A stretch of DNA of 64,000 nucleotides from Eledone cirrhosa (taxonomy: Eukaryota), in the NCBI GenBank assembly GCA_964016885.1, contig OZ024751.1, forward strand, positions 45,384,001-45,448,000, in the 5' to 3' direction. The translations under genes were made by a program, and so were the position numbers. A model generated the notes under the pieces. It had not been told where the DNA came from and did no database searches. It saw only the letters and a list, made by a program, of their open reading frames with translations. This document shows, piece by piece, positions 51,031-63,800 of the stretch; position 1 is the first letter of the stretch; each line of letters begins with the position of its first letter.

Positions 51031-51343
51031 GATGCTCAAGGACACAACACACCACTGAAAACCACTACACCTCTTCACTCAGACAAATAGCATACAGGAA
51101 AGGATGTTTATAAAGATATAAGTTGATGAAATTTTCTGAGAGAAAAGATTGTAAAAGGAATAATTTAGAAACCTTATTATATTTAATATTGATTCCTGAC
51201 CTGATTCCATCCACAAATTGACACACACACATATATATCATCATCGTTTATCATCCGTCTTCCATGCTAGCATGGGTAGGCCTAATATATATTTTTAATT
51301 TGTATATCACATTTGCAACAATACAGCATGCCATTTTTCATTC

Positions 51344-51382
<39 letters not shown>

Positions 51383-51384
<2 letters not shown>

Positions 51385-51448
51385 GGGTGTCTCCCAAAAA
51401 TGTATACACACTTCAACAGCATTCTAATTTTGGGGGGATACCTTGTAT
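51383..51448. mobile_element. Very small Tc1/mariner-type MITE (degenerate)
   Basis: CAGGGTGTCTCCCAAAAATGTATACACAC ... TTTTGGGGGGATACCTTG-TA. Confidence 0.65.
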
Positions 51449-53217
51449 ATATAATATACTCTATCTAATCAATTCAATTAGATATGAGTCTACATAGGCA
51501 ATCAGCATGTCTCACCTGTCTTAGCAATCCATAATTTGATTGATTCTCTATTGGTTTCTATGGTGGACATTTATTTAGTTGTTTGGTCAACTGAACATCA
51601 TATTCATTAAATTATAAGTAGCTGAGTATTCTACAGACATGTGTATCTCCTTATTGCAATTTCTAAGTGAAATGAGTGTGACACAACGTGACATGGCTGA
51701 GTTACAAGTACAATTCATCCAACAGGCTTCAACAATTTCTGTCCACCAGATTTTACTCCCAAGAAGTTTGTTTCACAACCATGAAGTCTTGGCTTCTAAA
51801 TCTTATTCTTCTGTACCCCGTGAAACCACATTAGCAAGGCATTCATGAAAAATTATAAAATAGTACTGTGGCTGCATTACATTGCTCTATATATACTATT
51901 GTATTTTCATCGTCTAAACCCATGCTAGTGTGGAAGATAGACATTAAACGATGAGGATGATGATGGTAAAGGCTTTATCTGACATAATATTGAATCTATG
52001 AGATTTTGATATCATTTATTTTGATAATACCTTAACATTAGTATGAGCAGTCAGTTACAGCTGGTTTATAGAAAGAGGTCAGAGAATTCTGGCCGGATAT
52101 GGCCGGTTTAAATGCTAAAGGGTTAAACAATTAAAGTCATCATTCTAATAAAGGAAATTTTCACAATAATTTGTACACATCATAAGACTCCTATCAGGAA
52201 TGACACATGCAGAACACTTTCAGCAAAGGCAATCTGGTGTATTTGTCACTCGACAATATCACAAGCTGTTGAAGTATCTGCCAGTTTCCAATAAGTTTGT
52301 CCTTGAACCTGTAGTGGTCACTGCTATTGGGATGGACTTGCCACCTACAGGAGTAAGCTACACGAGTTGGAACAGCTTTTTTAACATGTTTCTCTTATCC
52401 CCCAGGGTAAAGTTTTCTCTATTCTCTACAGTGGGACCATGAGGTGGCATGCACTTATGATTCTCTAAGCCAGAGAACATTCTCCTACATTGTCAAGGCA
52501 TATATCATTGTGGTAGCTATTATGGTGGTTTGTTTCCACAACATATATACACAGTTTTACAAAAACATATAATAAAAGTAGCTCCACCATTGAACAGTAA
52601 GGTCAGGGTTGAAATGAGATGGAAATCTGTCTTAGTCTTGTCACTTGTTGCATATAACAGTGAGGAAAATATATGGAGGTCAACCATGATGACAAGCAGA
52701 AGCAATAAAGAAATTAAGAAAACCACAGGTATACTTCTAAATTGCTTCAGCTCTTCTTTATTTATTTCTTTTCCTGTGTGTGTGTTGTCAGATGTATGTC
52801 TAGATCTACTAACATACCTACATACCCACTTTGTAAATATACAAAGCTTTAAAGAATGCAACACTTTATGAATAAACTTGGTTGGTGAAGAAAGTGTGTG
52901 TGTGTATATATATATGTATGTATATATACACACATATATATATATATATGTATATATACATACATACACACACACACACATATATATATACACACACATA
53001 CACACATTTGTTTAGAGTAAAAATAAAATGAATAATTAAAAATTTTTTTAAATCCGTTTTTTAATCCCTGTAAATGAGAAGAAACTGGTTGTTGGGAAAA
53101 TAGAAGACATAAGTAGGGCAATGAAGAGGGGAGCATTAAAATCTAAGCACACACACATATATATATATATACACACACACACATATATATATATACACAT
53201 ATACATATATATCCTCC

Positions 53218-53345
53218 ACTGGGGCCTAAAACTAAGCCAGGCAATAAAAGTGATGGAAAGAGTTTTAGTACAACTAATTAGGGAAAGAGCCAAACTGGAT
53301 GGGATGTAGTTTGCTTTTGTGCCAAGGAGGACCACCAGATATCTG
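53218..53345 (+). pseudogene. Small degenerate LINE RT fragment (N-terminal RT region)
   Basis: GLKLSQAIKVMERVLVQLIRERAKLDGM*FAFVP..TT resembles the RTE-type RGIKLL..MKV.ERV...QFGF.PGR.TTD motif. Confidence 0.6.
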
Positions 53346-54374
53346 GTAGCCTTTGAGAGGACCCACTGGAAGGAGTGTTTGAGGACTCTGACCCCATGGC
53401 CCTCACAGGAATAAGTGGGCAAAGAAAAATAAAAAATATAAAGGAGAGAGAGTTAAAGAGCATAGTTCAAAGCATATTGAGTTTTTCTGAAAGAAATTCA
53501 TGTTAAATGCAGGATAATATCAATTTGTATTAGTTGTTACCAAAAATAGACGGCAAATATTGAAGTTTTAGTCTAATATCAGAAATAAAATTTCTAAGAA
53601 GTTATTCTCAGATAAAAATATACCATTTTTTCTGTTTTATTCCTCCTTTGATAAATAAAAGCCACATTGATTTTCAGTGCTTTTCTTTAGAAAGAAACAG
53701 TCAGAAATATATTTTTCTTATTTTTCAATATTTTTATCCAAGTTTTTGATATTTGGAAGAATGTGTTCTTACAGACATACTCTGTTCAGTTAATTTCTTC
53801 CTAATGTTAACCACCTAACCTCAATTTGGGAATAAAGTCCTTATTTTTCATCTTGGTAGGTTGAGGGATAATGCTGTGAATTGGCAGACTTGTTAGAACA
53901 TAACATAGAACAATTTCTTTGCAGTATTCCTTCTGACTCACTGTTCCAAGTAAAAATACTGCCACAGTTAATTTTACCTTTCATTCTTTTGAGATTGATA
54001 AAAGAAGTACCAGTCTAGTACTGGGTTGATTTTTCCTTTATATCTCTCTTCATCTTTCCTTGGAAGAAATCAGCTGTGTTCAAACACGGAGAGGGCCAGG
54101 TTTAAAATCTCCCAATGATGTTTCTATGATTCCACCAGTAGTTATGGGTCCATATATACATGGACTAAGGGTTGCATGAATAATGGTATGGTATGGACCT
54201 GTAACTCCTGAGGGAGTCATAGGGGTACCATATTAGCATATGGCATTTCTCAGGACATTTTTTCACCCTGGCAGAGCTCATCCACTCTCAAAGCTTCACT
54301 ACAGCAGATTTCTTCTAGAGATGGATAGAGAATGAGAGAAAAGAAGTGAGAAAGAGAGATAGAGGAAAAACAAA

Positions 54375-54632
54375 CCCCAGTGCATGACTGGTACTTTTTT
54401 TTTTTTTTATCGAATAATCAGATGTTAAAATATAGACTTGTGGATTGGATAGACAGCTGTTTATAATATCGATTTGTAAGATTGGGGCGGGGTTCCTGCA
54501 AACCTGAAGTGTCCTGGGCCTCCCAAGATCTAAATCTAACCCTGCCTGTAAGGATGAAAGGCAAAGATAATCAGAATGTAAAGCGACATAACTATATACT
54601 ACAAAGCATGTCTGATGCTCTACCGATTCTAC
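54375..54632 (-). mobile_element. Degenerate Meta-like SINE split by a ~130-bp unrelated insert
   Basis: ACTGGTACTTT..TTATCGA, insert at ~54414-54545, then CCTGTAAGGATGAAAGGCAAAG and GCTCTACCGATTCTACCAAT. Confidence 0.55.
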
Positions 54633-55054
54633 CAATCCATCACTCTCATATAATAATTCTAGTAAATCCTTCTAAATTGTTGATCAATTAATGGAAGTAC
54701 AGCATATTTCATTAGAGATATAATCATTAAGGGGTTAAAAAGATCGAAAGAGTGGGGGATAGCGAAGGGGGTATTTAGTTACATCCTGAATTCAATTCCT
54801 GTCTCATGTTTGACCCCCTACTTTCATCCTTCGATGGCGGGTGGGGGAGATAGTTGTTAAAATAAGAGGCAGTGGTGAAGTGGGGGTAATTATGTTGGAA
54901 ACAGGGTGGAGAGAAGTGGAGGTGGTAGGTGTTACTATAATCCCCCCCCCCCCCCAAGCCACCCGACCACCACCACAAAGTTTGTAGCTTTGTGTACGTT
55001 AGAAATCAATAGGTATTAAAAGCATTAATATAGCAAACAAAAGGTCATAAACAC

Positions 55055-55129
55055 ACACAGACATACACATATAGAGAACATATATACACACATATATATA
55101 GACACACACACACATATATATATAGACAC

Positions 55130-55169
<40 letters not shown>

Positions 55170-55201
55170 ATACACATACATAAACATATACATAGAGAGA
55201 C

Positions 55202-55291
<90 letters not shown>
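55055..55291. repeat. (GA)n/(CA)n/(TA)n microsatellite block
   Basis: Long GA runs. Confidence 0.95.
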
Positions 55292-55293
<2 letters not shown>

Positions 55294-55608
55294 CACATTG
55301 ATTTTATATAAACAATGAGTTGAACTGTAGCGGTAGTTGTGGAGGTGGTAATAGTAGTAGTGTTGGAGGTAGTGGTGGTGGTGGTATTGAGGTAGATGAC
55401 AATTATGATTCAGAAGAGAGAGTTAAGTAAAAGTTGTGATATATATATATATGTATATATATATACACACCTATATACAGATATATATACGCCTATATAT
55501 AGATATATACAGCTCAGCATTTATACAGATAGATATATACAGCCTTGCATTTATTTAGTGTGACAAATAAATAGATGGTACACATTTTTCTTTCTTTCTC
55601 TTTCATTG

Positions 55609-55742
55609 CATGGCTTAGTCAGAGGAAAGGAAGCAGTCACCCATGGCTTAGTCATCAGGAGGGTAGTCACCCGTGACTGGTGGTGGTAGTGGGAGGAGGA
55701 CGGAGGAGACGAAAAAGATGGAACGCTGGAACCATGACTCAT
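55609..55742. promoter_or_regulatory. Cluster of AP-1/ARE-like bZIP sites
   Basis: GCTTAGTCA at 55613-55621 and 55646-55654 (reverse TGACTAAGC) and TGACTCA at 55735-55741. Confidence 0.35.
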
Positions 55743-57671
55743 TGGGATACTGCAATAGAGAGCACAGCACATCAACATATCCTCAGAATTCAGATATAGC
55801 TTGAATGTTGGTAAGTGTTGTTGTTGTTGTTGCTGCTGTTACATCTCACACCTATGTAAGGTTTAACTGGTTTCTAAGGAGGCTCCTCAGGTGTTTAAAT
55901 GATATGGACGCGAGTCCTATCATGAAAAGGCTCCCCTTTGAACCAAGCGTCTGTGTCTGTTGCAGGGGTTATCTAGCTGAGTTGGACTGGAGTGGCTTGA
56001 ATGAAGTGTCTTGCTGAAGAACAAAGTGCCACTCTGTTCTGGAAGTGAACCCAAGACCATATGATTGTGAGTCCAACACCCAAACTACTGGGCCACCTAC
56101 CTTCACATGCAACAGAGTGAATTCTGCTAAGGTCATTCAAGGGAAAAGTGGTGGTGGTAATGAAAAACATAGCCCATCATTTCCATGTAATTTTGAAAGG
56201 TTATAATGAAATTTACACTGGAAGTGTAAAATGGTGAAAAGTAGGTTTTTAAATACATACAACCAATGCCAACACACACACACATATACATACATACCCT
56301 CCTCCCATATTTGCTATAAAATTTGATGCAATTTATTAGGTTTTTGTTGTAAATAAAACCCTTTCTTTTTAAATTCAAGTTTAATTTTAATTGATCCGAG
56401 AAGAATGTAAAATGAAGCTAAAATTAATTGGATTTTAAGTGATATATAAACAATTAAGCACTGACAACGAGTGCTTAAGTTGTTTGTTCAACGGAACAGC
56501 CTACAAGTAAAATGAATGTGCAAGTGGCTGAGTACTCTACAGACATGTGTACTCTTAAGACCTTAAAACAATCCCGAGAAAGATTCAGCATGACAGTTAC
56601 AACTAATTTTTGCCAGTTGAGTGGACTGGAGCAATGTGAAATAAAGTGTCTTGCTCAAGGACACAACACACCATTAGGAATCAAACTCATGTGATATTAC
56701 AATAAATAGTGAGTCAAACATCTTAACTACTAAGCTAGGCACCTTCACAAATAAGAATTAAATAAAATATTTAACCTACACAGATGTGAGCTGTAACAAC
56801 ATGATAGGACTGGGGCCCCATTCATTGAAATATCCAAGAAACCTCATAAAAGGCAAGCTAAGCCTACATAGGTGTCAGCTGTAACAACATGGACTGGGGC
56901 CCCTTTCATCAAAACACCTGAGAAACCTATGAGATGAAACCTTGTATGAGGTCAGCAAATCCAGCACAGGTGTGAGCTATAACAACAACAACAACAATAA
57001 ATATGGTCAGAATATGTAACATTCATACCTTTTTCAGGGTCATCAGATATATAATTGAAAGTGAAATTGTTATAACAAACAAACCAAAACTAGATTATGA
57101 AGTCATCTCACCGATATCTTCCCTACTATACTGGTATTGCAATCAATTATGAATTAAATATGAACAACTAACGACCATTTATGATTGTTCCTGCTAACAA
57201 AACAAAACAAAACGCATTAAAGCTATGGGCTGTGAATAACAAACATTCAAATATCCTTTTGCATTATTGAAGAATCCTTTGAAAACATCATTTCCTGCAC
57301 CCACCCCTTTTCATCTCTGCTGCTGCTACTGCTGCTGCTGTTGCTGAAATGGTTCAAGAGCACTCAAAACAATTCAATAGCAACAGAGTAGAAATAATCT
57401 TACATTTTTACATCATAATCTCCTTGCAATTAGCATCACTAACAGGATGATGGTTGTTTGACAGAGAGAGAGAGAGTGGGTGGTGAACGGTGTGTGTGTG
57501 TGGGGGGGGGGGGGGAGAAGGAGGGACATTTTTAGGTGTCTCTTTTTATAAGAAAGGTAGAGGAGGAAGACAGCGAGAAGGAGGGAGAGACATGGCTAGC
57601 TGTTTCTCCATGAAAGTGGGAAAGAGAGAGAGGAAGAGATTCTGAAAGCTGTCTCTTCATGAAATATAGAA

Positions 57672-57702
<31 letters not shown>

Positions 57703-57712
57703 CATACATACA

Positions 57713-57793
57713 CAGGGTGTCTCCAAAAAAATGTATACACACTTCCACAGCATTCTAATAAATATGTGTAAACATCTATTTGGGGACACCCTG
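57713..57793. mobile_element. ~80-bp Tc1/mariner-type MITE
   Basis: CAGGGTGTCTCCAAA ... TTTGGGGACACCCTG inverted ends, inside a TA/CA tract. Confidence 0.75.
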
Positions 57794-58443
57794 AATATAT
57801 TTCTATAGTATATATATATATAGAGAGAGATAGATAGATAGATAGAGAGAGGGAGGGAGAGAGAGATAGAGAGAGAGTGACGTAGATGTCTCTCTAGAAG
57901 GGAGAGATATAGTGTTAGGTGAATTTCTCTAACCCCCCCCCCCCCCCCCCCCCAAGAAAAAAACCCATACATTATATTTCATTACCACATGCTACGACAT
58001 GAAGCTGCAACAAGAACATCAACAACAAAACAAAAAAAGGAAGAAAAGACAATTATCAAAATTATTATTACTCCCTCCACTCTACCCTACCCCTTCTTTT
58101 ACAGGCAGCTTAATCACAATTAGAAGCAACAACATTCACAGATGTACTTAAATACTTAATTATATTACTTCAAGATTCTACAATGCTTTCATTAATACAA
58201 CAACTACAACAACAGCAACACTAAAATTCTCGATGTAAGATGACATACACAAAAGTTTACCATGACAACCATTCCACCACGAGTCATCATATTCTTATTC
58301 CAATTTATTTCCATTTTCAAATAGCACTCACCAACCCCCTAAAAACATGCAAGTTTTTTTTTATTCAATTCTTTGATTTTTTTTTGATTTTATTATCAAG
58401 GGACAAAAAATTGCAAATTTGGATTGATCTTTTCAGAACTTGC

Positions 58444-58772
58444 TTAACCCTTTAGCATTTAAATCAGTCATATTCGACCAGAATTCTCTCACTTCTTTCT
58501 GTTCAAATTGGCTACTCATACTGATGTTAAGGTATTGTTCTCAAAATGAATAATTGTTTCTACTTTTGGCACAAGGCCAGCAGTTACCCAGTGCATTACT
58601 GGTACTTTATTTTATTGACCCCGTAAGGATGAAAGGCAAAGTTAACCTCAGCGGGATTTGAACTCAAAATGAATAATATCAAAATCTCATAGATTCAATA
58701 TCATGTAAGATAAAGCCTTTACTGTGAAAATATAATAGTAAATATAGAGTAACGTAAATGCTAAAGGGTTAT
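58444..58772. mobile_element. piggyBac-type MITE, copy B, with nested SINE
   Basis: TTAA-CCCTTTAGCATTTA at 58444, TAAATGCTAAAGGG-TTAT at the end; interior homologous to 18997-19372. Confidence 0.8.
58551..58666 (-). mobile_element. 5'-truncated Meta-like SINE with 15-bp target duplication
   Basis: CTCAAAATGAATAAT at 58540-58554 and 58663-58677. Confidence 0.9.
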
Positions 58773-59869
58773 GGTATGGATGTATTTATATATGTATGAA
58801 CATGAAACTGATGGAGTCATAGAGGTGCTGTAATACATGACGGAGTTGTAGGGGTATCATAGGGGTGTTGTAACTCTTGGTGGAGTCGTAGGGGTGTTGT
58901 CGAGAGATATGGTGGGTCTTGGGTATTTTTAACACAAAATATATACATTGATGTGGGATGACAAAGATCGGTGTATCAGACCCGTGGGTGACAAAGATGA
59001 AGACAAATAACATCAGACAAGTAGCATGTGATATTCTTCATCTCATTTGCCCTTTTTTTACACCTGGTTGACTCTTCATTTTTGGATGAGGAGGAGGATG
59101 AAGAAGATAAAATATGTAGGAAATAAAACACTGGTTGATATAATCTATTAAAACTTGATGGCAGAGCTCCAGCATGGCCACTGGCAAATTGAAACAATAA
59201 ATGAATAAATAAGTGGCTCAATCCCTTGATCTACCTTCCTCCTTCCCCGGCCCATCCTCAAGGTCAGTGGTTCCGCTTGAGTATTGATTTGGTCTATAAA
59301 GACCCATCCATCCATCCAACTCTTTGTAGCAAGGAAGACGGATGTTAAATGATGATGATGATGATATTCAGTAATACAAATCTATACATCCCACGCCACT
59401 ATGGAAAAATGGATGGTATGATGATGATGATGTTTATATTTTGCTTTAGATAAAAACACCCCAGAGGAATTTATAAATTTCATCATCTTCACTAAAATGT
59501 TAAAGTAACCATACATTTTAAAACATAACGAAATATAGAAAAGAATTATATAGTTTGCTTGCAGCATTGCAGAATCTATAGAATACAGCTTTTTAAGCAT
59601 AAATATTTAAAAATAAGCATAAATGTCGAATGACTATAGACGAGGTAGTGTGGAGGGGTGTCTTTAGTTTTGTTAAAGGCAACCTCTCTAATGTAAGAGT
59701 CTGGTTTTCTCTATTGCCATGTCTGCCAGACAATAGAGGACAGTGAAGAGTGATTAGATGCTAAGAGACCTCCCTGTATATCTCAGTTGGGAGAAACGGA
59801 TGTAAAATGATGATGGTTTAAATGTTAACAGAATGAATGTTTGGACATTACATTATTACAGTTATGTAT

Positions 59870-60112
59870 GTGGATTGGCAGTATCGGTAGCGGGTCGGAC
59901 GCCATCTTTGATGCATAGAGTTACGGCCCTTGCCATTCTGAGTTCAAATCCCTCCGAGGTTAACTTTGTCTTTCATCCTTACGGGGTCGATAAAATAAAG
60001 TACCAGTAATGCACTGAGTAATTGCTGGCCTTGTGCCAAAAATATAAACAATTATTACAAATATGTCCCACCCTTGCAAGCAGGGAAAAGCAGACGTAAA
60101 ATGATGATGATG
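59870..60112 (+). mobile_element. Full-length Meta-like SINE followed directly by an isolated RTE-type 3' tail
   Basis: TTGGCAGTATCGGTAG, GAGTTCAAATCC, GGGGTCGATAAAATAAAGTACCAG, then GTCCCACCCTTGCAAGCAGGGAAAAGCAGACGTAAAATGATGATG. Confidence 0.85.
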
Positions 60113-60629
60113 TATGTGTATACCATGTGTATCCTGGTTTGTAGAATAGGTACACCATATATCTGTGTGTTGTAAGAGACAACTAAAAGAGTTAGGTGTC
60201 AGGAAGGGCATCCAGTTATAAAAGTCTCAAAAAATACCATCCAACCTATACCAGCATGGAAAAGTGGACATCATGATGATGATATACACAGTCCACCTTG
60301 TTAGGTGGTTGTTTTGGTGACAAGATATAAATCACCCAGTCAACACTGCCATGTGGTTGATTTTAGGTAGGGTATCCAGCCACAGAAACCAAGCCAAAAT
60401 ACAGATCGTATGAGCATGATGTGGTCTCTGAACCTGACTTGTTTCACAATGTGTCAAGCCATCTAACCCATGCTAGCATGGAAAATGGATGTCAAATGGT
60501 GATGATGATATATGTACACTTTGGAGAGGGGTACCTCTGAATAAGATCTGACATACATCTTTGATTTGTCAGGCTCAAAACATAAGCTGGAGGTAACATG
60601 AAACTCTTAGAGAAATATATGATGGACTC

Positions 60630-61065
60630 CCTCGTATTTCTGATATTGTGTGAAAGAGGAAGGTGAGATTTGCAGGCCATTGCCATCATGACTCAAATGA
60701 AACTGAATTAGAAACATCTTGTCAAAAACCCCAGAGATGTTGGAACTCTCATCTCCAAACAGTCTCTCTCATATTTCTGATATTGTGTGAAAGAAGGTGA
60801 ATTTTAAGGCCATTGCCATCACATCTCCTTTGGTGCTTTGGAAACCAACATGTTAAAAGCCAAAAAGTTTGCAAGCTCTCCTATCCAGATGTCATAATCA
60901 GGAGACTAGTATTTATGTTCAGGATCTAGCCAATGTAATGAGTGACAGACCTACGTGGGTTAGAAACCAACATCTGTTAAAAGCCAAAGATGTCACAAAC
61001 TCTCCTATCCAATGTCAGTCAGATTCTAGTGTTGATGTTCAGGTTCTAAGCAAATGTAATGAGCA
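60630..61065. repeat. Two interleaved local duplications (~55 bp and ~110 bp)
   Basis: TATTTCTGATATTGTGTGAAAGA..AGGCCATTGCCATCA twice; GAAACCAACA..TGTTAAAAGCCAAA..CTCTCCTATCCA..ATGTTCAGG..AATGTAATGAG twice. Confidence 0.75.
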
Positions 61066-61404
61066 ACAGTCCTACATGGAGATCTATTGTTGAGTCCGCC
61101 TTGGCTGAAGCTGCAGGGCGCTGGTGACGATGATGATATATACACTCTGGAGGGAGCAATAACTCTGAATAAAAAGAGGATTCTGACAGCAACAACCCAT
61201 CCAACCCATGCCAACATGGAAAGCGGATGTAAAATGTACAAAGGATGATAATAATGCAGTTAAATGTTAACAGAGGCAGAAAATGCAAATGATGCTGTAT
61301 CTTCCATTTTAAGTAGAGTTGAGAGAGAGAAGGAAGAGATTGAGAGCGTAGGATGATGAAGTATGTGGGGGAGGTGATGGTTGCATGTGACATGAAATAA
61401 CCAT

Positions 61405-61478
61405 GTCACACACAATATATATATATATATATACAAACGTATATACACACACACATATATATATAGATACACACATAT

Positions 61479-61511
<33 letters not shown>

Positions 61512-61719
61512 GATACCCACATATACACACATATATATATAGATACACACATATACACACACACACATATATATATAGATACACACACATATACACACAC
61601 ACATATATATATAGATACACACATATATATATAGATACACATATATACACACACACATATATATATACAAACGTATATATACACACACACATATATATAT
61701 ATATATACAAACGTATAAT

Positions 61720-61755
<36 letters not shown>
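61405..61755. repeat. Compound (TA)n(CA)n minisatellite-like block
   Basis: Repeating ATATATATAGATACACACATATACACACAC units. Confidence 0.92.
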
Positions 61756-62062
61756 GAAGTAAAAGTTTGCTATTATTATTTGGTGAACTAAGGTAGTTTA
61801 TTAGCTGGACGGGAAATGGTAACTAAATATTAAAACTACTTAAACAGGAAAGAAAGTAAGTTCAACCCAACAATAAATTGTAAAGAAGAGAGGAAATAAT
61901 ATTTAGAATAAAAGGGTTCAAATAATATAATTAGCCATTTTCTGTTTGAAATTAGTGTGTGTGTGTATGTGGGGTATTACAATATTGTATATATATATAT
62001 ATATATATAAAATTCTCTAAGTAGGCTCTTAGAGAAAAACACACACACATACATATATCATA

Positions 62063-62204
62063 TACAGGTGTCCCTCAAAAATGTATACACACTTCAGCAT
62101 TCTGGTCAAAGTGTGTATACATTTTCTGGGGACACCCTGTATGTATATATATATATACAGGGTGTCCTGTTGAAGTGTGTATATATTTTTGGGGACACCC
62201 TGTA
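62063..62204. mobile_element. Two adjacent very small Tc1/mariner-type MITEs
   Basis: TA-CAGGTGTCCCTCAAAAATGTATACACAC..GTGTGTATACATTTTCTGGGGACACCCTG-TA and TA-CAGGGTGTCC..GGGGACACCCTG-TA. Confidence 0.8.
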
Positions 62205-62364
62205 TATGATATATGTATATTTATGTGTGTGTTTGTATATGTGTGAGTATGTATGTATATGTGTGGGGATGTATATATACATGTGAGTGTGTATACATCT
62301 ATCTATTTATATATGTACACACACTCACTCACTCACACACACACACATATATATATATATATAG

Positions 62365-62862
62365 AAGGGTTTCTCCCTGCATACGAAAGGCCGGTTGTAT
62401 GATGCCTGTGTGAGGAGCGCGATGCTGCATGGTAGTGAGACATGGGCAGCAACCGCAGAGGATATGCGACGGCTGGAGAGAAATGAGGCAAGCATGCTCC
62501 GTTGGATGTGCAGTGTAAATGTGCGTGAACGACCCAGCATAAATGTGTTGAGAGAGAAACTGTGTCTGAGAGGGATAGAATGTAGTGTACGGGAGAGGAG
62601 ACTGAGGTGGTATGGACATGTGATGCGCATGGAGGATGACCGATGGGTGAAGAAATGCCAGGAAATGCCAGTTGAAGGAAGACGTGGTAGAGGTAGACCA
62701 CGAAAAACATGGGCGGAGGTGGTGAGAACAGACCTCAGATCATTGAAGCTCACAGTGGAGATGACGAGGGACCGTGACGAGTGGAGAAATGCTGTGCTGA
62801 ATAAGACCCGTCCCACCCTTGCAAGCAGGGAAAAGCGGACGTAAAATGATGATGATGATGAT
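62365..62862 (+). mobile_element. Young 5'-truncated RTE LINE with an uninterrupted C-terminal ORF and (GAT)n tail
   Basis: KGRLYDACVRSAMLHGSETW..RRLRWYGHVMRM..GRRGRGRPRKTW..TRDRDEWR..REKRT*, no stops over about 160 codons; inserted after (TA)n. Confidence 0.95.
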
Positions 62863-63649
62863 AGACATAGTTGGATACAAAGTGAATATTAGTGTATGGC
62901 AGAAGTATAATTTATCTTACTAAGTAGATATAACTAGTGGTTTATTCAAGCTTTTGTTTTGGTGTTTACTTGAAATATATTAGACATGGATCTATCTGAT
63001 GTCCACAGAGAGAGAGAGATGGAGAGGTAGAGAGACAGACAGAAATGGAGAGAGACAGACAGACAGAGAGAAACAAACAGAGATGGGAGAGGGAGTAGAG
63101 AGACAGAGATGGAGAAAGGATGGGGGGGGGGGGTAGAGAGAAAGAGACAGAGATATACAAAATAATTATATATGTCTGATTTTGATGAAGAAAGCTATTT
63201 ATTATCTCGAGATTTAACAACTTAATATTTCAATAAAGACTTACATGTGTATCTAAATATGTATACATACATAAACACATACCTACACATACTTGCACAC
63301 ACACACACACACACATGAATACATACATAAACATGCATACACATATGAATACATACACAAACACACACATGAATATGCACACACCTGAATACATATATAC
63401 ATCCACACACACAAATTTGGGAATGTTAAACTGTCTTTTTTATGTTGTCTTGAATGAAAAGAGACAAGGAAGAGTAGCCCTGCATGACAAGAGCCCCCCC
63501 CCCTCACCTCTGCACTAGAGTTTGGCGACATGATAAAATATACCCAGTACACTCTGTATCGTGGTTGGTGTGAGGGATGGCATTCAGCTGTAGAAACCAT
63601 AGCAAATATAGAATGCTTCTACTTCTCCCAATTGAGAAATCACAGCGCT

Positions 63650-63800
63650 GATACTACGAACATGTAGTTAGAATGTTACAGGAAAATAATCACTGGATAA
63701 ATTATATGGACAAAACCAACTGCCAAAAGACCCAGGAGTAGACTCTGAGCAAGATGGTTGGATAACATCCATGAGTCTGGCCAGTCTCGCTTGAATGATC
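63650..63800 (+). mobile_element. Degenerate RTE 3' fragment (family of 45500-45737)
   Basis: CATGTAGTTAGAATG..ACAGGAAA, AAACCAACTG, GAGCAAGATGGTTGGATAACATCCATGAG. Confidence 0.65.

Noticed and set aside
62395-62844. 149-aa host CDS
   Set aside because: It is the C-terminus of an RTE ORF, 5'-truncated, with no start context.
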